A stretch of 64,000 bases of DNA from an uncultured Spirochaetales bacterium (GCA_964458315.1 CAYWIK010000004.1:6019-70018); one strand, 5' to 3'. Counted from the stretch's first letter, positions 49,998 through 60,522 are shown. Made by a program: numbers and translations. Notes: a model not told the origin generated them from the letters alone.

Positions 49998-50033
49998 GAA
50001 AAATCCTAAAATAATTAACGCATAGGAGAGTTT

Positions 50034-52112
50034 ATGAGCCATAAAACGGAAAATATACGGAACATTGCCATCGCAGGCCATGTAGGAACAGGAAAGACCT
50101 CGTTGGTTGAACAGATTTTGTTCGCGGGAGGAGTTATCCCGAAAGCCGAATTTGTTGAATCGGGGAAAACGGTCAGTGATTATACGCCTGAAGAAATCGA
50201 GAAAAAAATATCGATTCACACCGGCCTTTCGCATATTGAATGGCAGGACGTAAAAATTAACATCATCGACACTCCGGGTTCTCCGGACTTTATCGGAGAA
50301 GTGGTCGCGGGATTTCGAAGCGCGGAGTCGAGCGTGCTGTTAGTCGACGCTTCTTCCGGTGTTCAAATCGAAACGATCAAGCAATGGAGACGTCTCGACC
50401 AGCGAAACATGCCGCGTGTCGTTTTTATCAGCAAGATGGACAAGGAGCGGGCTGATTTCTATAAAACCTTAGAGGACCTTCGGGAAAAATTTGATGCTAC
50501 GTTTATTCCTGTCTGTATTCCCGTCGGCGCCGCCGACTCTTTCGGCGGGGTTGTAAGCCTCCTCGAGAACAAGGCATACATGAAACCGGAAGGGGTGAAA
50601 AAAGAAACGGCCTCCGCCGTCCCCGACGATATGAAGGACGCGGTGGAAGAAAACCTTATGCCTCTTATCGAAGCCGCGGCTGAGGGTGACGACGCGCTCA
50701 TGGAAAAATATTTCGAAGAGGGCACTCTTTCTCCTGAAGAAATTCGCAACGGCCTTGCAAAAGGTGTTCGGGAAAACAACTTTGTCCCTGTTCTCTGCGG
50801 CGCTTCTGAATCGGGGTCCGGCGCCGTGCCGTTATGTAATTTCTTATTGGCCGCCGCCCCTTCTCCCGGCGGTATTGCGGAAAAAGCCGCGGACAGTGAA
50901 GGAAATGAAATCGAAGTTCCAATTAGTTCCGAAGGCGAAGTTTCTTGTTTTGTATTCAAAACCAGTATCGATCAGTTTTCAGGTAAACTTTCATTTATCA
51001 AGACCGTAACCGGCACCCTGACGCCGGATACCGACTTGTACAATCCGCGGGAACAACAGAAAGAACGGGTTTCGAGAATATACACGATTCAGGGGAAAAA
51101 ACTTTCCGAAGCGGCTGAACTCCACGCGGGAGATATCGGGGTCCTGGCAAAGGTCGGGAACGTTATTACCAATGATACCCTCTGTCCGCATGACAACGTG
51201 ATTACGTATGAACCTTTAAAGCTTCCGAATCCCGTCCATTCCCTTGCGGTGAATGCCGTAAGCAAAAAGGACGAAGACAAACTGAACGAATTTTTACAAC
51301 GCGCGGCCGAAGAAGACCTTACTTTTCGGGTCGACTACAATAAGGAAACAAAAGAAACGGTAATTTCCGGAATGGGCGAGCTTCAGATGAACATGATCCT
51401 TGATAGAATCAAACATAATCAGAAAATCGAAATCGAAACTCGTATTCCAAAGGTCGCGTACAGAGAAACAATTACCAAACCGTCGGACGCGGAATATACC
51501 CACAAGAAGCAGACCGGAGGACACGGACAGTTCGGCCGGGTGTTTATTAAAGTACGCCCCTTAGAAAGAGGACAGTACTACGAGTTCGAAAACATCATCA
51601 AAGGCGGTTCGGTTTCCAAGGGATATATTCCGGGAATCGAAAAAGGTTTTCACGAGGCGATGGAGGAAGGGATCCTTGCAAAATATCCTGTGGTCGATGT
51701 CGGTATAACCCTCTACGACGGAAAAGAACATCCGGTAGACAGCTCGGAAATGGCCTTTAAGCTGGCTGCCCGGGGGGCCCTCTACAAGGCGATGGAAAAG
51801 GCGTCGCCGACCCTTCTCGAACCGATCGCAAACCTGCGGGTATTCGCGGAGGAAGAGTATCTCGGAGACGTCCTGTCCGACCTGAGTTCACGCCGCGGCA
51901 GGGTTATGGGGCAGGAACAGCTGGGGGGCGGAATCGTAGAGATCGACGCCCAGGTCCCCATGGCGGAAATGCTCCGGTATGCCATCGATTTAAAATCGAT
52001 CACTTCCGGAACGGCATCCTTTGAAATGGAGTTTGATCATTACGAGCCAATTTCCGGCAAGCTTGCGGAGCAGGTCATTTCGGCCTCGAAAGCGGCGGAA
52101 TCGGAGGAATAG
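50034..52112 (+). CDS. Elongation factor G paralog (EF-G2-like) with a degenerate GTPase switch II (DTPGS instead of DTPGH)
   Basis: G1 GHVGTGKTS, G3 DTPGSPDF (Ser codon TCT at 50280-50282 replaces the catalytic His), G4 SKMD. EF-G domains II-V are retained. Length 692 aa. Confidence 0.85.
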   Translation: MSHKTENIRNIAIAGHVGTGKTSLVEQILFAGGVIPKAEFVESGKTVSDYTPEEIEKKISIHTGLSHIEWQDVKINIIDTPGSPDFIGEVVAGFRSAESSVLLVDASSGVQIETIKQWRRLDQRNMPRVVFISKMDKERADFYKTLEDLREKFDATFIPVCIPVGAADSFGGVVSLLENKAYMKPEGVKKETASAVPDDMKDAVEENLMPLIEAAAEGDDALMEKYFEEGTLSPEEIRNGLAKGVRENNFVPVLCGASESGSGAVPLCNFLLAAAPSPGGIAEKAADSEGNEIEVPISSEGEVSCFVFKTSIDQFSGKLSFIKTVTGTLTPDTDLYNPREQQKERVSRIYTIQGKKLSEAAELHAGDIGVLAKVGNVITNDTLCPHDNVITYEPLKLPNPVHSLAVNAVSKKDEDKLNEFLQRAAEEDLTFRVDYNKETKETVISGMGELQMNMILDRIKHNQKIEIETRIPKVAYRETITKPSDAEYTHKKQTGGHGQFGRVFIKVRPLERGQYYEFENIIKGGSVSKGYIPGIEKGFHEAMEEGILAKYPVVDVGITLYDGKEHPVDSSEMAFKLAARGALYKAMEKASPTLLEPIANLRVFAEEEYLGDVLSDLSSRRGRVMGQEQLGGGIVEIDAQVPMAEMLRYAIDLKSITSGTASFEMEFDHYEPISGKLAEQVISASKAAESEE

Positions 52113-52806
52113 AAGGAGTAGAGAGGGCCTCTTTCTCAAAAAATAATTCGTAAATTCGATGTTTTTTTTCAAGGCCCTTCTCTTCAAAGCGGGTGCGGAT
52201 CCGCCACTCCTGCGCGGGTGCGTATTTCTCGTACCGGTTTTTCAGGCCCAAGGTATTTAAGAAAACATGAAGGCAATGCTCAGCGTAATCTTCCCAGTCG
52301 GTGACCAGGCAGATATACCCGCCGGGCCGCAGCGCCGCGGCCGCCTTGGCACTGAACTCAGGTTGAATGAGCCTCCGTTTGCGGTGCTTTTTTTTTGGCC
52401 ACGGATCGGGAAAAAAAATATGTACGCCCTTAAGGGTTTCAGGGGGGACCATCCGGTCAAATACCATAAACGCGTCGTGTTCGATGACCTTTACGTTTTC
52501 TAATGTTCTGCTGCGGATTTCACTCAAAACACGGCCGATTCCCGCTTTGTATACTTCGATCCCGACAAAGTTAATCTCCCGGCGCCTTTCAGCTTCCGCC
52601 AGCAGCGCCTCTCCGGCGCCGAACCCGACTTCGACGATTAAATCCCCGGAGCGCTCGAACCAGGCGTTGAGGTCCCCTTGCTCGCCGGTATAGGGAATGC
52701 AGAAGCGGTCTGTAAAATGCTCATAGGCATATTTTTGCCGGTTCGACATCCGGCCCGAGCGCAGGACGAAACTGCGGATATGGCCGGCATCAGTACTGTT
52801 TTTCAA
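52075..52806 (-). CDS. trmB: tRNA (guanine46-N7)-methyltransferase
   Basis: VEVGFGAGE SAM motif and the FPDPWPKKKHRKRR signature. Confidence 0.85.
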   Translation of the reverse strand: MKNSTDAGHIRSFVLRSGRMSNRQKYAYEHFTDRFCIPYTGEQGDLNAWFERSGDLIVEVGFGAGEALLAEAERRREINFVGIEVYKAGIGRVLSEIRSRTLENVKVIEHDAFMVFDRMVPPETLKGVHIFFPDPWPKKKHRKRRLIQPEFSAKAAAALRPGGYICLVTDWEDYAEHCLHVFLNTLGLKNRYEKYAPAQEWRIRTRFEEKGLEKKHRIYELFFEKEALSTPSIPPIPPLSRPK

Positions 52807-55054
52807 GCTCCCTCCTGACTTGAGAGACGGTTTTTAGCTTCAGAATACGCCTGGAGAGTACGGTTATTTCTTCTAAGTTCATATTCCCGATTGCCTGTTT
52901 TACCGGCGGCAAGGCCCTCGGTTCAACGCTGATTTTACGCAATCCAATACCGATCATAAACGTGAGAATCGGAATGTCCTTTGCGGCATCGCCGCAGACG
53001 GAGATTTCACACTGTTGTTTTGTACACGCCCGGATGACCCGTTCGATAGTCCGTAAAACCGCGGGATGGTACAAAGTGTAGAGGTGGCTTACAAGCTCGT
53101 TCGTGCGGTCGATTCCGAGAAGATACTGGACCAAATCGTTGGTCCCGATACTCAAAAAATCCGCCTCCTCCGCCAGCTCATCTATCTGCTCTACCGCGGA
53201 CGGCAGCTCCACCATTGCCCCGAGTTTCGGGGCCCCGTTGTGTCGTAAGCCTTCCGCGTCGAGGACCGCGGCACACTCAAATACAAAATCTTTTGCTTCC
53301 AAAAAATCATCGAGGGAAGAAATGAGGGGAAACATGATTTTGCACCGATGCCCGTATGCCGCCCGCAGCATCGCCCGAACCTGTGCTGAAAAGATGTCTT
53401 TGTTTTTAAGGCTGTAGCGTATCGCGCGAAGTCCGAGAAAAGGATTGCTTTCCGGCTGTTCGGCAATATACCGGACTGTTTTGTCTCCTCCGACATCGAG
53501 GGTCCTGAGGATAATTTCACTTTCCACACCCATCGATTCGTACAGTTTAGAATAGACTTGATACTGTTCGTCTTCGGTCGGGAACGTATTCCGGATGAGA
53601 AAGGGGAACTCGCTCCTGTAGAGTCCTATTCCTTCCGCGTTAAAATGGAGGGCTTGACGCACATCGCTTAACAGATTGATATTCGCGAGGACGGAAATCC
53701 GCACCCCGTCGGCTGTGGCCGCCGGTACCGGAGGCGCGGTATCCGGTTCGCCTGCTTCCTTTGCAATTCGTATATGGTCTTCGAAGGACGCGCGGATTTT
53801 ACCGCTCGGATTGATGTATACATTTCCCTGGTTTGCATCGATAACGATGGATTCGGCTTCTTTGAGTTTCAAAAAAACCGGCGAATTGGTTATGACCACC
53901 GGAATATTCAAAGACCGCGCGAGGATCGCGATATGGGCGGCGGCGCTGACTCCGTAGAGGATAAACCCTTCCGCATGCTGAACGGAAAGCTTTATTAAAT
54001 CCGACGGAAGCATATCCCTCGCGAGGATCACCTGCCCTGAGTAATCGCCCTCAGGCATCTCCTTCGACTCGAGGTTACGGAGCATCCGGTGGCCTAAATC
54101 CCGAATATCATGAATTTTCTCCTGAATATGAACATTCGCGCTTTTTAAAAAAATTTCAATATAGCTGTTCACCACATCGACGATCGATACGGCAGGGTCG
54201 ACTCCCGCTTTGATTTTTTCAACCATCTTTCCGGAAAACCCTTCATCCTGCAGCATAAGCATGTGGGAACTGAAAATGAGCGCGCCTACTTCCGAGAGAT
54301 TTTCTTCCATGGTCAATTGAATATTCTTGAGTTCCTCCTCGGTGCGCTTCATCATGTCGGAGAAATGCGCCATCGTCATCTTCCCGAATTGGTGAAGAGG
54401 ATCTAGAGAGAGTAAGAGCTCCTCCCTTCCGGCGCCTAAGACTACAGGCGCGCCTATCGCTACTCCCGAAGCAACGATCTTGCACCGAATAAAGTCGGGT
54501 ACTGTTTCCGGCTCCTTTGCTTTCTCTTCAGTCCTGTTATTTTTTATCTCTAACAAAAGCCGCGCGTTTTCTATTGTGGCGGCGAGCTGGGAAGCAATGG
54601 CCTGTACCGCCCTGGTGTCTTCCGGGGTAAAATAGTCAGGTTTCGAGTGTTCTAAAACAATTACTCCCACCTTGTCTAATCCCTGGACGATGGGAACCGC
54701 GAGAAATGCCTCATACTGTTCCTCCTGCATTCCGGGGACGAATTTATAATAAGGACTTTCGGACATCCTTGGAATGCGGAGCGGTTTGAGTTCGGAAAGG
54801 GCTTTTCCGGTAATGCCCTCCTCCGGTGCGAGTGTAAATGTTCCAATAAATTCCTGGGCCAAACCGACGTTGGCCGCCAGTTCGAGAAATCCGTCCGCCT
54901 GCCTGCGTATATAAATCGAACACGCTTCGGCTTCCAGGTGGTCCGCAATCATGTGCACCACCTGCTGAAGGAAACCCTCCACATTGGTCTTCTCTTTAAA
55001 AAGACCCGCTAAATCGCCGATGCTGCAGATGAGTTCGAGGTTGTCCCGTTTCAT
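52790..55054 (-). CDS. ptsP: Phosphoenolpyruvate-protein phosphotransferase with an N-terminal GAF domain (EI-Ntr, PtsP)
   Basis: N-terminal GAF domain. Enzyme I PEP-utilising domains with a conserved His region and a C-terminal TIM barrel (ISVCGDAA). Length 754 aa. Confidence 0.85.
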   Translation of the reverse strand: MKRDNLELICSIGDLAGLFKEKTNVEGFLQQVVHMIADHLEAEACSIYIRRQADGFLELAANVGLAQEFIGTFTLAPEEGITGKALSELKPLRIPRMSESPYYKFVPGMQEEQYEAFLAVPIVQGLDKVGVIVLEHSKPDYFTPEDTRAVQAIASQLAATIENARLLLEIKNNRTEEKAKEPETVPDFIRCKIVASGVAIGAPVVLGAGREELLLSLDPLHQFGKMTMAHFSDMMKRTEEELKNIQLTMEENLSEVGALIFSSHMLMLQDEGFSGKMVEKIKAGVDPAVSIVDVVNSYIEIFLKSANVHIQEKIHDIRDLGHRMLRNLESKEMPEGDYSGQVILARDMLPSDLIKLSVQHAEGFILYGVSAAAHIAILARSLNIPVVITNSPVFLKLKEAESIVIDANQGNVYINPSGKIRASFEDHIRIAKEAGEPDTAPPVPAATADGVRISVLANINLLSDVRQALHFNAEGIGLYRSEFPFLIRNTFPTEDEQYQVYSKLYESMGVESEIILRTLDVGGDKTVRYIAEQPESNPFLGLRAIRYSLKNKDIFSAQVRAMLRAAYGHRCKIMFPLISSLDDFLEAKDFVFECAAVLDAEGLRHNGAPKLGAMVELPSAVEQIDELAEEADFLSIGTNDLVQYLLGIDRTNELVSHLYTLYHPAVLRTIERVIRACTKQQCEISVCGDAAKDIPILTFMIGIGLRKISVEPRALPPVKQAIGNMNLEEITVLSRRILKLKTVSQVRRELEKQY

Positions 55055-55074
55055 TTATTTTCCACCCCCTTATT

Positions 55075-58000
55075 TTACATGAGAGTAGACAATTTTTCAC
55101 GGATAAATTCAGATTTTTCTTTAAGACCGATAACGCCGGTTTCAATGTACAGAATATTAGGCTTTTTGGGATCAAGCCGCACGCTCCCGCCGCTCTCCTT
55201 TATCATCGTAACCACTTTGTCCGCGTTGATCTCGGAAACCCTGCCGAACTCGATCTCCAGCACGTTTTTCCGCTCCCGCAGGGCGCTGATGTGGAGCCTC
55301 CGGCAGAGCACCCGAATTTCCGCTAAGGCAAGAAGGCTTTGCACTTCCTCCGGCATCGGCCCGAATCGGTCTTCGAGCTCCGCGTGCACGGTCTGCAGCT
55401 CCGTATCCTCCTGTACGGAAACGATCCGTTTATACACCTCCATTTTCTCGCTCTGGTCCGATATGTAGGTGTCCGGGATGTATCCTGAATAGTCGAGCTC
55501 GAGATACACTTCCTCCTCTTCCGCCTTTTCCTCCTGCAGTTCCGCGATCGCTTCGTCTAACAGCCGAATATACATGTCAAAGCCCACCGCGAGGATATCA
55601 CCGTGCTGCTCCCGCCCTAAGAGATTGCCCGCTCCCCTCACCTCTAAATCCTTCATCGCTATTTTGAACCCGGAACCGAGTTCGGTATACTCGGAAAGGA
55701 TCCGGAGCCGTTTCATTGCCGCTTCGGTAATCATCCGGTCCTCAGGATAGAGAAGATACGCGTAAGCGGGCTTGTCCGCCCTGCCCACTCTGCCGCGCAG
55801 CTGATAGAGCTGCGAGAGTCCGTACATGTCGGCCCGGTCGATGATCATGGTGTTCACGTTCGGGATATCGATCCCGTTCTCGATGATGCTCGTCGATAAG
55901 AGGACCTGAGAGCCGCCGTGGATAAACCGGTGCATGACCTCTTCGAGTTCGTGGGACTGCATCCTGCCGTGGGCGATATCGACCCTGACCCGCGGCACAA
56001 GGTTTGATAAAAAGCGGCGGACATGTTCAAGGGTTTCGATCCGGTTATGGAGATAAAACACCTGTCCGCCCCGGGCAAGTTCGTGCTCGATCGCCTCCTT
56101 TACCGTTTCTTCCCGGAACTCACCGATAAAGGTCTCGATTGGAAGCCTGTTGCGCGGCGGGGTCCGAAGGAGAGACATATCGCGGATCTTGAGCAGGGAC
56201 ATATGGAGGGTCCGCGGAATCGGCGTGGCAGTCAAGGTGAGGCAGTCGACGGTACTTTTAAGTTCCTTGAGCCGCTCCTTGTCTTTGACCCCGAAACGCT
56301 GTTCTTCGTCGATAACGATAAGACCTAGGTTTTTAAACCGCACATCACGCTGCAAAATCCGATGGGTGCCGATGAGAATATCTACCGCTCCATTGGAGGT
56401 GTCCTCGATAGTTCCTTTCTGTATCCCTTTTCCGATGAAACGGGAAAGCATTCTAATTTCCACCGGAAAATGTTCGAACCGCTCCGAAAAGTTTTCATAG
56501 TGCTGTTCCGCAAGGATCGTCGTGGGCGCAAGGACGGCAACCTGTTTGCCGCCGGTGACTGCCTTGAAGGCGGCACGCATGGCAACTTCCGTCTTCCCGA
56601 AGCCGACATCGCCGCAAATCATCCGGTCCATCGGCCGGTTCGCCTCCATGTCTTCCTTCACCTGCCGTATGCAGGTAAGCTGGTCCGGGGTCTCTTCATA
56701 GGGAAACGCCGCCTCGAACTCTACCTGCCACTCCGTATCTTCCGGAAAGCCGAACCCGCGCACCTTCTGCCGGCGCGAATAGAGTTTGATAAGCCGTTCA
56801 GCTAAATCCTCGACCGATTTCTTGACCTTGTTTTTCCGTGTTTCCCAGGACCGTCCACCGATCCGGTCAAGCCGAGGGGCGGCGCCGTCCGCGCCGATAT
56901 ACTTCTGCACCAGGTTGACCTGTTCGATCGGAATGAAGATCATCTCTTCGTCGCCATATTCCAGCTGAATATAGTCCCGCTCGGTTCCGGCTGCGGTGAT
57001 CCGCTCGATGCCGTGAAACTTGCCGATCCCATAGTTTACGTGGACCACATAATCCCCGGGATTGAGCTCGACAAACGTATCGATAATCTCCGTTTTCGCG
57101 CGCTTTACCGACTGAGGGACCCGTTTTCGTCTTCCGAATATCTCATTTTCCTGAATAATCACGATCTTGAGTTCCGGAAGAGTAAATCCCGCGGAAATTC
57201 CGCCTACCACGACTTGGAGAGGGTAGTCCTTTAACATATATTCGAGCTTCGGCGCCTGGGTTTCCGATTCGGAAAAAACCCAGATCGAGTATTCCGCTTC
57301 GGCCAGCTTGTCCAACTCTTCCCGGAGGTATCGAATGTTTCCGAAAAAGGAGCGGGGGCCGTCGATCGGAATCATGACCTGCTCCTCCTTTCGCTGCATT
57401 CCTCGGATGGTCGGAAAGATCACCTTTCGCCGTACCTGTTCGGCACAAAAACGAGAGGAAAAAAAGAGCGACCCGGGAGCAAGTTCGTCTATCTTTGCAA
57501 ATGCCGAGACTGAAAACATTTCCTCGGCTTCTTTTAAAATAGTCTCCTCGGTCAACTCGATCTGTTTATCGTTGGAAAAGTACACCGTGGACCGTTCGGG
57601 AAGGTAATCGAGGATTGTCGCCGGTTCCGTAAAGGAGCGGGGATAGATAATTTCTTCATCGGGAAGTTCCACGCCTTCCCGCAGGTCCGCGGCAAACGCT
57701 TCAAATGTATCCAAGGAATCGAGTTCATCGATGCGCTCTTCGGTCCACACGATTTCGCGGACCGGATAGATGTCGTATTTTTCGAGCTTTCCTGTTGAAA
57801 ACTGGGTGTCGGGGTTGAAGGTGCGGATTTCTTCGACGGTCTCAAACTCAAAAATAATACGGACAGCCTCTTCGTATCCAGGCGGAAAAAAATCCAAAAC
57901 CTCGCCTCGCAGGGCGTATTCCCCGGGAACAGTGACCTTCGGCACCCGGAAGTAGCCGATTTCGGTCATATACCGGTTCATTTCCTCGGGCAGGAGTTCC

Positions 58001-58446
58001 GCTCCCGGCGCAATGGTCATACATCTGTCCCTGACAAACTGTGGACCTGGAAGCGGAAAAATGAGGCTTCGGACCGAGAGTACCACAATAGAAGCCTTTC
58101 CCTGTAACAGGGCCGCGAGCGCGGCCATGCGCCGGCCGGCTACGGAAATATGCGGTTTTGTGCCGGTGTAGGGAACAAAATGGAGCCAGGGGAACAGCAT
58201 GACCCGGGAAGAAAAGAGGGAGAGATCGCGGACGAGGTTTTCGGCTTCCTGTTCCGTAGGCACGACAATAAGGCTTGTTTCTCCGGTCAACGCCTGTATT
58301 TGTGATAGAACCAAAGCAAGGGACGACCCTTCGGGTCCGTCAATATAAAGAGGAAAAGAATTAGTGTTAAAATGTTTAATAATTTCCCGAAATGGTCTAT
58401 ATTTCCTAAGTCTGTCTATAATATTTTTTTGGAATAATGTTATCAT
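55075..58446 (-). CDS. mfd: Transcription-repair coupling factor Mfd
   Basis: UvrB-homology N-domain, RNAP-interaction domain, SF2 helicase motifs (GDVGFGKTE, DEEQRFGV, LTLTATPIPRTL), TRCF C-domain. Length 1123 aa. Confidence 0.92.
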   Translation of the reverse strand: MITLFQKNIIDRLRKYRPFREIIKHFNTNSFPLYIDGPEGSSLALVLSQIQALTGETSLIVVPTEQEAENLVRDLSLFSSRVMLFPWLHFVPYTGTKPHISVAGRRMAALAALLQGKASIVVLSVRSLIFPLPGPQFVRDRCMTIAPGAELLPEEMNRYMTEIGYFRVPKVTVPGEYALRGEVLDFFPPGYEEAVRIIFEFETVEEIRTFNPDTQFSTGKLEKYDIYPVREIVWTEERIDELDSLDTFEAFAADLREGVELPDEEIIYPRSFTEPATILDYLPERSTVYFSNDKQIELTEETILKEAEEMFSVSAFAKIDELAPGSLFFSSRFCAEQVRRKVIFPTIRGMQRKEEQVMIPIDGPRSFFGNIRYLREELDKLAEAEYSIWVFSESETQAPKLEYMLKDYPLQVVVGGISAGFTLPELKIVIIQENEIFGRRKRVPQSVKRAKTEIIDTFVELNPGDYVVHVNYGIGKFHGIERITAAGTERDYIQLEYGDEEMIFIPIEQVNLVQKYIGADGAAPRLDRIGGRSWETRKNKVKKSVEDLAERLIKLYSRRQKVRGFGFPEDTEWQVEFEAAFPYEETPDQLTCIRQVKEDMEANRPMDRMICGDVGFGKTEVAMRAAFKAVTGGKQVAVLAPTTILAEQHYENFSERFEHFPVEIRMLSRFIGKGIQKGTIEDTSNGAVDILIGTHRILQRDVRFKNLGLIVIDEEQRFGVKDKERLKELKSTVDCLTLTATPIPRTLHMSLLKIRDMSLLRTPPRNRLPIETFIGEFREETVKEAIEHELARGGQVFYLHNRIETLEHVRRFLSNLVPRVRVDIAHGRMQSHELEEVMHRFIHGGSQVLLSTSIIENGIDIPNVNTMIIDRADMYGLSQLYQLRGRVGRADKPAYAYLLYPEDRMITEAAMKRLRILSEYTELGSGFKIAMKDLEVRGAGNLLGREQHGDILAVGFDMYIRLLDEAIAELQEEKAEEEEVYLELDYSGYIPDTYISDQSEKMEVYKRIVSVQEDTELQTVHAELEDRFGPMPEEVQSLLALAEIRVLCRRLHISALRERKNVLEIEFGRVSEINADKVVTMIKESGGSVRLDPKKPNILYIETGVIGLKEKSEFIREKLSTLM

Positions 58447-58490
58447 TTGAAATACCGAAAATAATAATGGATATGTGGAAAAAAATCTTT

Positions 58491-59438
58491 ATGAAACGCA
58501 TTTTTCATCCGTTTTTACTGTTGATACTGGCGGCGGCGCCTGTTTTTTCCCAGGATACCGAAGGAATCGATGTACACATCCGTTTCTTTGACAAAAAACT
58601 CTACTATATCGACAGTCCCGTCATGCTTAAAATCGAAATTACCAACAATACGCCGAATACGTTCCGATTCGAACTTGCCGACAACCGTATATTCAACATT
58701 GATTTCGAAGTTCGCACCCTCTCTAACCGCCCCCTCCCCCGTTCCGAAAAACTTAACACAGAGCGGACTTCGAATCAACAAGTGTTCTTCCGAGACGTGA
58801 CCCTCGGCCCGATGGAACAATTTTCATTTTATGAGGATCTTTCCAATTATATTCAGATCGACGAACCCGGGGCATATATTGTCCAGGCGATTTTTTATCC
58901 GGACTTGATTACCCCCGGCGTTCGGACGGACACGTACCGCTCTAACCGGCTCAATTTATCGATACGACCGGGCGAAAGAGACATGACATTACCGGTATAT
59001 GAGGACACGACTGAAATGGCCCGGTTAAAGAAAAAGAGCCTCCCCCCGGACGAAGTCGTGGAACACACGATACACGCACGGCAGCAGAGCAACTGGGAAC
59101 AGTTTTTTCTCTATCTGGACATCGAAAACCTGCTCAAAAACGATCCCGCCCGAAGACGCAGCTATCTGCGTCTTAACGAAGAAGGCATGCGGCGGATGGA
59201 GCAGGAGTATATGGAAGCTTTAAAAAACGAACAGGTGGACGGCGACATCGTTGTCATACCGGAAGAGTTTGAAATTATTAAGACTGAATATACTCCGGAA
59301 GAAGCGGAAGTTATTGTTATAGAAAAATTTCAGTATCCGGGCTATAAAGAAGTCAAGGAATATACATATTTCTTAAAAAAACGTGATAATGTTTGGTTTA
59401 TATATGACTACGATGTGAGAAACCTTGGAACCGAATAA
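58491..59438 (+). CDS. Hypothetical secreted protein (start trimmed to the signal-peptide Met)
   Basis: Signal peptide MKRIFHPFLLLILAAAPVFSQD. No recognisable domain. The longest ORF (58437) would overlap the mfd start. Confidence 0.5.
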   Translation: MKRIFHPFLLLILAAAPVFSQDTEGIDVHIRFFDKKLYYIDSPVMLKIEITNNTPNTFRFELADNRIFNIDFEVRTLSNRPLPRSEKLNTERTSNQQVFFRDVTLGPMEQFSFYEDLSNYIQIDEPGAYIVQAIFYPDLITPGVRTDTYRSNRLNLSIRPGERDMTLPVYEDTTEMARLKKKSLPPDEVVEHTIHARQQSNWEQFFLYLDIENLLKNDPARRRSYLRLNEEGMRRMEQEYMEALKNEQVDGDIVVIPEEFEIIKTEYTPEEAEVIVIEKFQYPGYKEVKEYTYFLKKRDNVWFIYDYDVRNLGTE

Positions 59439-59440
59439 AA

Positions 59441-60178
59441 ATGAAAATTATGCTCGTTGTGGAAAAAGAAGAAACGCGGGAGGCGCTGGAACAGCACCTT
59501 CATCCTCGGGGATTTGAATTTATTACCTATAAAAATCCGATTAAAGCAATGGACAACATCGATGAAATATCTCCCGACATCGTTCTTTTCAGCGGTGAGG
59601 ATTTTCCCCGCCACTGGAAGCCGTTTCTTAAACTGCTCCGCAACTCTTTTCCAAAAGACCAAACGGTTTTTATTCTCCTCATAGGAGAAGTGTTTCCCTT
59701 TGAAGAAGCCGCAAAAGCGGTGGAACTGCAGGCAAACGGTATCTTAGGAGAGGACTTCCAAGACAAGAGAAAAATGCTCCATATCGAAGGTTTGCTGAGC
59801 CGGTACAAGATGATCCGGGACAACAGGAGGGGACCGCGGTATATTCCCGATAATTTCGACGAACTTGAATTTATTTTTACCCATCCCGAAAGTCTCAAAC
59901 TCATTACCGGTGTGATCGACGATGTCTCGACCGAGGGAGTGGGATTTACGCCGGACAGCCCGCACCTTACGTCGGACCTGGAAGACGAAAGCGAAATCCC
60001 TTTCTGCTCCCTGCGCATTGCGGACGAAATCCTTTCCGTCACCTGCCTGGTCATACGAAACCGCAAAAATTTGGCCCTTGCCTTTGTAAATATTTCGGAA
60101 GAAGACAAGGTAAAACTTGCCGACTACATCTCCAACCGGCCCGCTCGGGAGCTCGAGCATTTGCGGGAAGTTACATGA
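59441..60178 (+). CDS. Degenerate receiver (pseudo-REC) plus PilZ domain protein, a putative c-di-GMP receptor
   Basis: N-terminal CheY-like fold lacks the acidic pocket (LVVEKEE) and the phospho-Asp (PDIVLFSGED). C-terminal PilZ motifs RDNRRGPR (RxxxR) and DDVSTEGVGF (DxSxxG). Confidence 0.65.
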   Translation: MKIMLVVEKEETREALEQHLHPRGFEFITYKNPIKAMDNIDEISPDIVLFSGEDFPRHWKPFLKLLRNSFPKDQTVFILLIGEVFPFEEAAKAVELQANGILGEDFQDKRKMLHIEGLLSRYKMIRDNRRGPRYIPDNFDELEFIFTHPESLKLITGVIDDVSTEGVGFTPDSPHLTSDLEDESEIPFCSLRIADEILSVTCLVIRNRKNLALAFVNISEEDKVKLADYISNRPARELEHLREVT

Positions 60179-60519
60179 AAAAATATCTTGAAAGTCTTCC
60201 AACCTTTGAAATAGAGAAATACGAAAAGCATAAGCATTTTCGGGAAACCAGTATCCCCTTTACCGGTACACCGAGAAAACACCCGTATGAAGATGATAAA
60301 TTAATCCTCATTCACAACCCGTACAGCTCGAACACGATTTTCTTTGAGTTTATAATAGACGATATCGAAGGAGTAGAGGACCAGGCCAATTTGGTAACCG
60401 AAGCGGGGGAAAGCGTAAAAATGGTAAAAATATGGGTACGGAAGGGGAGTACGGGGCTTCGATATGAACCGTTCAAAGTAGACGCGCCTGTCAGCCTTCG
60501 GGAAAAGCACGAATCTTAG
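60175..60519 (+). CDS. Hypothetical small protein (114 aa), translationally coupled to the PilZ gene
   Basis: ATGA start/stop overlap with the upstream gene. No recognisable motif. Confidence 0.4.
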   Translation: MKKYLESLPTFEIEKYEKHKHFRETSIPFTGTPRKHPYEDDKLILIHNPYSSNTIFFEFIIDDIEGVEDQANLVTEAGESVKMVKIWVRKGSTGLRYEPFKVDAPVSLREKHES

Positions 60520-60522
60520 TCT

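Noticed and set aside
47918-52112. Possibility that the two EF-G genes are an assembly duplication artefact.
   Set aside because: The two proteins differ throughout (different G1/G3 motifs and different lengths, 678 vs 692 aa), so they are genuine paralogs and not a collapsed or duplicated repeat.
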